A DNA stretch of 63,858 bases, the filler included, from Stramenopiles sp. TOSAG23-3 (taxonomy: Eukaryota), in the NCBI GenBank assembly GCA_900128585.1. It is 6 parts of 6 records of this genome, joined end to end, with 100 filler letters (N's around TTAATTAATTAA, not from the genome) between each part and the next. Parts side by side here need not be neighbours in the genome. Positions count along the whole stretch, not along the records: positions 53,342 to 63,858 come from LT642807.1; 5 more parts are not named here. The stretch is one strand, 5' to 3'. Below the pieces are notes generated by a model. That model searched no databases. It saw nothing but the letters and a program-made list of their open reading frames with translations, and was not told the origin of the DNA. Below, in pieces: positions 57,041 through 63,858 of this stretch. Position 1 is the first letter of the stretch; every line of letters starts with the position of its first letter. The translations under genes were made by a program, and so were the position numbers.

Positions 57041-58087
57041 CTTTTGGGTTCTTTCCTATGTGACCGTTAACGAAATTTTACCGATTCAGATGGGCGACAC
57101 GGTCAACATTACTGTAAGTATTCCCGAACGACCCTTCCGTCATTGTGACTTCTCCTTCCACAGACCGTTTGGAATATAGACCGTAACGTGTCGTCTCTGC
57201 AACGCAGATATATTATCCAACTGAAGCCGAAAGGTAGACCACGCCACGGAGGAGGAGGGAAGGAAAAAAGAAACCAGCCTACTACCAACCCACCTAACCT
57301 ACCTTCCGTAGTAGTAGCAGCATCATTACATTAATATTTAATAAGAGAATACCATTCAAGTAAAAAACAAACCTCTTCACAGCAAGGAGTGATCCCCCCT
57401 CTTTTTTTTGGCATACCACACCGACCAAGGAAAACAAACACTTTTTCAGGTTTCCCTAACTCCAATGCTATAGCTATATATCTATCTAATTCATTATATT
57501 GTATTTCATCTTAACGCTATTCTTTTAATAAGAATTAGGAAATGGATGCTATCTTTAAAATTGTCAACGCTGTGTACTGTACGCTGTGTACTGTACGCTG
57601 TGTACGTGGTGTGGTGGTGACTTCTTCTTCTTTCTGTTATTTATTATTTTTATATCAAATGATCCAATAACATAGCTATTACACTTGTATTATATAATAT
57701 TAATAAGTACAAAAACAACAACCTCGAATATAAGAAGAGCAGTGTCAAAGTGTCAAATAACTACAACTCATGAAATTTATTTATATATAATAATAGCAGC
57801 TGTTGTTGTTGTCAGATAATAATAAAATAATAAAATGTGTACTCCTCGTATTCTACTACGGTATATAATGTACTTATAATTTAAAATAAAATATTTAGAA
57901 CGAATAGCTAATATAGAATTAATAATAAAAGATATAATCAATTCAAATTTAACTTATATGTAAAGTAATGCAAGAAAGAAATGAGAGGGTGAAAATAACG
58001 ATGCGTTTTATTTTTTATAGTAACTAAAAGCGGAATTTTAGGTTATTGCTTTCCCCCTCCATACCGTTTCATAATAGTCGTCTGATA

Positions 58088-58591
58088 ATGTCATCGTTTG
58101 CACAGGGGGAGTCCAGCGGGTCCAGTGGCATTGTAGTGAGTATTTCCAACGTGGAAACTCACAGAGGTTTCTCCAGTTATGAAATTTTAGTTGAATGTGA
58201 AGGGAAACAGTGGGTGGTTTATCGTCGTTACTCCCAATTTGCTGAACTTCATAATAGTTTGGGGATAAAAGGTGTTGTCAGCTTTCCGAAGAAAACGTTT
58301 TCCCCCAACCCAAAGAATGAAGAGTTTTTGAAAGAGAGGAAGCGAGCGTTGCAAGCTTACATACAAAAAGTAATTCTGCAGCCAAATGTAGCCGGCCAGG
58401 AAGAGCTACACTCGTTTTTGGGGCTAGATTCGTCAAAGACGAAGGAAGCGGGGACAGAGTTTGACTGGGTGAGTAGAACTGGTGGGGCAAGAACCTTTAC
58501 GACTCCAAGGGTAGGCCACCGAAGACAATCGTCTCCCGCCTCCAGCCTGGAGAAAAATAATTCGAACGAGAGTTTCTGTTCGTTGTTGTGA
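58088..58591 (+). CDS. Small PX-domain protein with C-terminal CaaX box
   Basis: YEILVECEGKQWVVYRRYSQFAELHNSL...FPKK...FLKERKRALQAYIQKVI; ends CSLL-stop. Confidence 0.88.
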   Translation: MSSFAQGESSGSSGIVVSISNVETHRGFSSYEILVECEGKQWVVYRRYSQFAELHNSLGIKGVVSFPKKTFSPNPKNEEFLKERKRALQAYIQKVILQPNVAGQEELHSFLGLDSSKTKEAGTEFDWVSRTGGARTFTTPRVGHRRQSSPASSLEKNNSNESFCSLL

Positions 58592-58740
58592 GCGGTTAGG
58601 AAATTGGGGCGTGCAGGTTGTGTGTATATAGTGTTGTGTGTATAGTGTGTTTTCCCTGCTTTGAGACACTTTTTTGTTAGTAATTACGAGTGTATGCATA
58701 GTGTTTTTACTACGAGGCAATACTTCCTCTTCTGTTATTG

Positions 58741-61700
58741 TTAAAAGCCACCATCGTCTTCAGAGGAGGATGCGCTCGACTCCTCGTCCTCTTCGTCAGC
58801 ATCGAACCAGTTCGTACTGTTCTCAGCCTTCGTCTGCACCACCTTTTGCGGGGTGTTTTCGTTTTCAAACTCGTCAAAATCGTACTGGTAGTTGTCGTCA
58901 AGGCTTTGTAGCTCCTTCTCTAGTTTTTTCTTCTCCCCATCGATCGCAATTGCTACATCCTGTCTAGCATCCCCAGCTGGGTTGTATTCCTTCACGTTGC
59001 CCTCAGTTACATCGTCCCGACTTTCTCCATCATCAAATAGCACACTGTAACAGCCAGAGTTTGCATCGAATTGTACGATTCTCCCTGGGTACCATTCATC
59101 CCATTCTAGGGTAGTGGCCTTTACGTACGCCCCAGTATTGAACAATTGGGTGGGTTTCGGAGTGGTCTCCTCCTTTGGTTCCGGGCTTCCTGCAGAAGCA
59201 CGTTTTTCAACATTCTCTCCTGGTATATTCTCCTGGTAGTCCCCATCGTCAAACGAAATATTGTATGTTCCATCGCTGTTCACGCTTGCAACAACCCCCG
59301 GGTATTTAGAGGACCAAGTCGGCGCCAATGCCATTACCGCGTCCCCCACACTGTGCATGAAGCTATCCTCGCTCTTTCCTGCCTCAGACGACGCTGGCGG
59401 CGGAAGGGCAGGGGCACTCTCACTTTGCTCTTTCTTTATTTGAGCAACATCATAATGCAACGTCGTAAGGACCTCTGCTCGCGCTTCCGCTGCTTCGGTT
59501 TGTCCGCTCTCCGCCTGCGACAAAGCGTCTCCAGAAGCGTTTAGGGACAAATTCGGATCGGACCATCTCGATTCACCAGTAACAGTGTTGTACCAGTATG
59601 GGGTATTGTCATCTTCGGTGTAATACTGGATCCATTGTTCTGCAGACGGTGCGAGAGAGACTTCCCCAGTGTCTTCTGCAGTTTCGGCGATTGAATTTAT
59701 GCGACCTCCTGCTTTCAACGACTCTGTCAATGAGTCTTCCTCGTGAACGAGAGCGGATAGTGCACTCGTCTGCTGCTCCAATTTGGGCTCCGAGGAGGAA
59801 CTCTCTGCCGTTGGAGCCTCACCCCCCGAGGCTAGTTGCTCGGCTTTCAGTTTCTCCACTTCAGCAGCTGCCGCGGCTTCTGCGGCTTGTTGTTCTGCTT
59901 CTGCAAGCTCCGCGGCAAGTTGTTCGGCTTTAAATCTCGCCTCTTCCGCTTTCTTCCTTCTTTCCTCCCTTAACTTTTCGACACGGGCTCTTGCTGCATT
60001 CCCTCGAGCCAGCCGTTGAATGCCTTCTGCTGCCTTCTTCTCTTCTCTTATTTTATTGACGCGCTTGCGGTCGCGTTTCGCGCGGGCAACAGACTGTATT
60101 TTTTCTGCAGCCACCTTCTCCTCTTTGAGCTTGACCACGCGCTTCCGATCAACCTTTCCACGGTGCAGAGCCTGGATCCGTTTGGCAGAATCCCTTTCTT
60201 TCCTTTTTTGCGCAACTTTTTGTCGCGCTGTCCGCGCCCGTGCGAGTTTTTGTATTTGCTTTGCAGAGTGGATTTCTTGCTTCTTCTGCTCTACCCCCTT
60301 TCTTGCCATTTTACCCCTAGCAATGCATTGGATTTTCAACGCCGCAGCTTCTTCCTCTTTCTCAATCTTGCTTTTTGCTCGTCGTTTTACACTCTTGGAA
60401 AACGTGTGGTTTTGTCGCTTCCGTCTTTTGTACAGCTTGCTGGGCGGCTTTGGTTCTCCCGTTACGACTGGCGCTTTCTTTGGCTTCTTCTTTTTCCTCC
60501 GTCGTGGCTTTTTGGTGGCCGCGGTTTTCGTTCTTGTTTTCCGTGTTGTGGGGGCGGTGCTCGGTCGGTACGACGCTGGGTTTGGCACCATGATAAAGTT
60601 TTGCTGGTTGATGGTGTGCGTTACGGTCGTTACGTCCTTCTGCTCATCCGGGCCAATGCTCCCGTCGATACCTTCCAACAAACCAACATTGCCCGTTCGT
60701 AGCGCAGGAGCAGACGCGGCCGGTTGCATGCCGTGGTCTCTCCTTACAGCAGATGCTGTTTGGGGCCTACCGATTCCACTAGAATTCTTTCGCCTTTCCG
60801 CGATTCTTGACATTGACATTTCTTGCGTTGTTACCTTTCTTACTAAAGGCGACGATACCGGGCGCGACGAACGACTTTCTTTCCGCAGGACACTGCTCGC
60901 GCTGCCGGATCTTCGCACAGCTCCTGTGGAAGTCATGGGGCGAACCCGGCGAGGCCGCCGCTTCCCACCACGCTGTCGCGTACCAGCTGTATTAGGCCGA
61001 CGCTTCGACGGAGATGGCACGATCCGTAATCCAGGGGCATCGATCACAGGCTTGAATTCCCTTTCCGTCCAGTTGATGAATTTTGGAATATCGGCGTACG
61101 GAGATTCCTCGGGCACACTAGTCCTGTCCATCATTGCGATCGCAACTTCAATCTCGCTTTGGTCCTTGGCACTGTTCCATTTGGGCGGCTCCAGGCCAGG
61201 GTCTGGCTGCACTGCTTTGCTCAGTGAAGGGCTGAGGGGGTTTGCCCTTGCTCTACTACGACTGATGGTGTTTCGGGCGGCAAGCCCGGAGTCAATACCC
61301 AGCTTGGTTTTCAATTTTTGAACGTCCTTGGCGAAGTTTCCCGTGAACCATTGCGCGTCTTTCGGGGGCGAATACCGCTCCTTGAATTTGCGCTGGACCG
61401 TTCGTTCAACCGATTCTATCGTTGGCGGCATCCCAGTGACATCGTCAATCGGACCGCGGGATGGCGAAACAGGCTGGTGACCCGCGTTTCGCTTTCTATT
61501 CCGTTTCTTCTTCCCGTGGGAAATGTAAGGATTTTGTGGGCTCGTGACGGCATGGAGGGCGGGCATGGATGTTGAATTTCTTTTTCGCCTCCGGGACAAA
61601 GCACGCAGCTTGTACGTTTTGTCTAGTTCCAGCATCCGAATTTGGTTCAGCAAGTACTTTTTCCTGGCTTCGCAACGGTTGATTGCGTTCATCGCATCGC

Positions 61701-63415
61701 CCGAAAGCCCCCGTCCATCCCTTCTCCCTCGCGTGTCCGAGTGGCGAATTCCCGCAATCGTGCGAACGACCTCTTTGTATTCCCTTGTTAGTGTCTCCAT
61801 AGAGGGAGCGCCCCATTGCCCTGGTCTGTACGGTTCTATTTCTGGCTTCCTATCCCTCAACGCCTTTCCCATGGTGGACGCTGTATGCGGCCGGCTGTGG
61901 CTGGCCGTTTGGGGCCTACTCATCCCCCCAAATGAAGAACTGTTGTATGACATCCGGTCCTCGTCGTCATCATACTTGTGCCCATACACGACCCTGCTGT
62001 TCTGAAACAATTGTTGGGTAGCTGGAGCAGCTAGCGCTTGAACATCGCTGTCGTGGGCGTAGGCCTCTATAGCCGAAGCAACTACGGTCGTTCCGCTGTT
62101 GCCATTTTGGCCGCTGTAGTTGTTGACGTACGACGCATTGGATGGGCTGTGAACGATGAGGGATAGGACCGAAGAGCTTGCAAGGCACTGCAGCTTCCCC
62201 TGCGTTTCCGGTCGTTCCAAAACTTCTATCAAGTACCGCATGCCATCAAACCCTTTGTTTTCGTGCAAGCGTGCTATGGCTCGTGCCCCCCCGTTGCCGG
62301 CAAGGTAACGGAGAAGCCGGCATGCGACCTCCTGGGCACGGAGAAGGTCCGACTCCGACTCCGCAACGACTCGAAAGGTGTTAAAAAGTGTCTGCATGAT
62401 AAATTCCATTTCTAAATCTCGGATCACTGCATCCTTTTTTTGAACCCCGAACGACTGCGCAACCTGTAGCATGCACTGCAATGCTTCCAGCTGAAGACGG
62501 GCGTCATCAACCTTAAATGTAGCGTCCACCACGAGCGCAAGAACCGCCATTCCCCCTTCGTTCAACACGCTGCGGGCTTCCTCGGCGCCCTCCTCGGCAA
62601 GGGCCGTCACTGCCGTCAAAACTCTGCTGGCCGTCTTTTCACGGCGAATGACCAGTCCTCTGACTTCCCTGGATGCGACCAGAAAGGATTTTATTCGGGA
62701 CTCTTTCACGGTACCAGAGTTGAGCGCCTCTGTAATGTCCGCAAGGGCGGCATGAATGGGAGACTGTTCCTCGTCGTCCATGCCCGCGCTGGATGGGGCC
62801 GGGAGAGATGGCGCTCCTGCAGTGGAGGCCGCCGTGCTGGCCACCTCCGACTCAAAATCATCGTCGTCTTCGTAATCATCGTCGTCCCCGTAATCGTCCG
62901 AATCTTCCTCTTCCGATCCCCCCCCGCGACGGTTACCTGGCTGTTCTATTTCTATATTTTTCGACTCTTCTTCCTCCCGCTTTTCCTCCCTTTTCGGTCT
63001 TACTCGGACCGGCGCCGGCGGGGGCATCCCGGGCGGGGCCCCCCATCCCTAAATTCTTCGATGATCTCCCGTTGGACGTAGTTGACATCTGCTTGGAAGA
63101 GCTCGGCCTGTTTTTGTTGCTCTTCGCGCTCTTGCTACTACTTGGCCTGCTGCTAGCACGTCTCGCGGAGGTCTGCGTTGGAAGAAACTCTTTAAACTTC
63201 GGAGGAGGCGCGTTGTAAATTTTATCTAACTGTTGCTTTACATCGTACTCAATGTCTATTACCGGTTGGCTCTCGCTAGGATGTGGGCTGCCACGGGCAA
63301 GAAAATCTATGTGCTCCTGTTCGTAATCTCTGACAATAACCGCATTTCCAATCATTTTGTTCGTCGTCACTACGTATGCTTTCTGCCCGACTTTGGACGT
63401 TTGCACCTTCGACAT
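58741..63415 (-). CDS. Large ARM-like / multi-IQ / WW / tandem Tudor-like protein, frameshifted at G/C runs near 63030-63045
   Basis: IQ motifs (AALKIQCIARGKMAR, SAKRIQALHRGKVDR and others), WW (WIQYYTEDDNTPYWYNTVTGESRWSDP), two YPGxxxxxxxxxxYxxxFDDG Tudor-like units. Upstream ORF 62933-63472 (ATG 63415) joins by a single indel. Confidence 0.75.
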
Positions 63416-63858
63416 GCTGATGGGGTCAGTATGCTCCCAAACGCTGAATCCCCCAAAGTGCAGGTACGGCAATCAGTCTATCTCACGGATAAATTATTCG
63501 AACTCTAATATCCTGTATACACACAACACAAAAACCCGTTTATAAATGTCGATCTCTCCTTTATAACAAACATAATTTGTTCCATAATATGAATTTTATT
63601 GATTGGGTCGGGTATATATATGCAAGGCAATGGAAAATATAAATTATTATGTTGTTTTTTTTTTGCGAGATTTTGTTGTTGTTGTAGTAGTACCAGTAGT
63701 ACGTACTAATAACAAGGAGGAAGGAGGAGGAGTAGAATAAAAAATAATATAAAAAAAAGAAGAAGAAGAGAAGAAGAAGAAAGAAGAAGCAATCTCAATC
63801 AGCATCAGCAGCTCGAGGCTCATCCGTCAACGGTAAAAAGAAAAGAAGAAGAAAGAAA

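Noticed and set aside
57114-57163. GTAAGT...CCACAG intron-like segment on the plus strand
   Set aside because: Antisense to the saposin upstream region with no supporting exons; cannot be supported without RNA data.
1-63858. tRNA, rRNA or snRNA genes
   Set aside because: None recognised by eye; a covariance-model scan is needed to exclude them.

Overview
This window is eukaryotic DNA and is not one locus. Six unrelated contigs of about 10.5 kb, sorted by decreasing length, are joined by 100-nt N44-TTAATTAATTAA-N44 linkers. The source looks like a compact, nearly intron-free genome of a flagellated protist; stramenopile-like is an inference. AT-rich, microsatellite-rich spacers separate the genes. 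Recognisable host genes: a histone-fold protein, a UBC/UEV-domain protein, an IQ+SHIPPO/ODF3-repeat protein, a CCDC151/ODA-docking-like coiled coil, TMEM222/RTE1, Tim9, Utp14, Rab-GDI, a >3490-aa IPT/TIG surface protein, GBP, GH28, ANKZF1/Vms1, a saposin-like protein, a PX protein and an ARM-IQ-WW-Tudor protein. The best candidate for an undescribed system is in contig 3 (about 22.5-31.0 kb), an apparently foreign ~8.5-kb module. It contains an AEP(PrimPol)-Zn-finger-D5/SF3 primase-helicase whose stop codon lies inside a pair of 136-bp AT-rich direct repeats with inverted TGCCTA motifs, laid out like the phage P4 alpha/crr region. It also has a ~1000-aa ORFan preceded by a densely structured ~260-nt segment, left-end repeats and two small ORFs. 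No capsid, pPolB or clear integrase is visible. Other highlights: a Rab-GDI with an in-frame PDZ insertion, a secreted RRL-containing Cys-repeat prepropeptide, a GH28 with degenerate catalytic motifs, and a recurrent intergenic TACGAGG motif. Four genes show frameshifts that are most likely assembly indels. All calls come from motif recognition by eye; no database searches were run.
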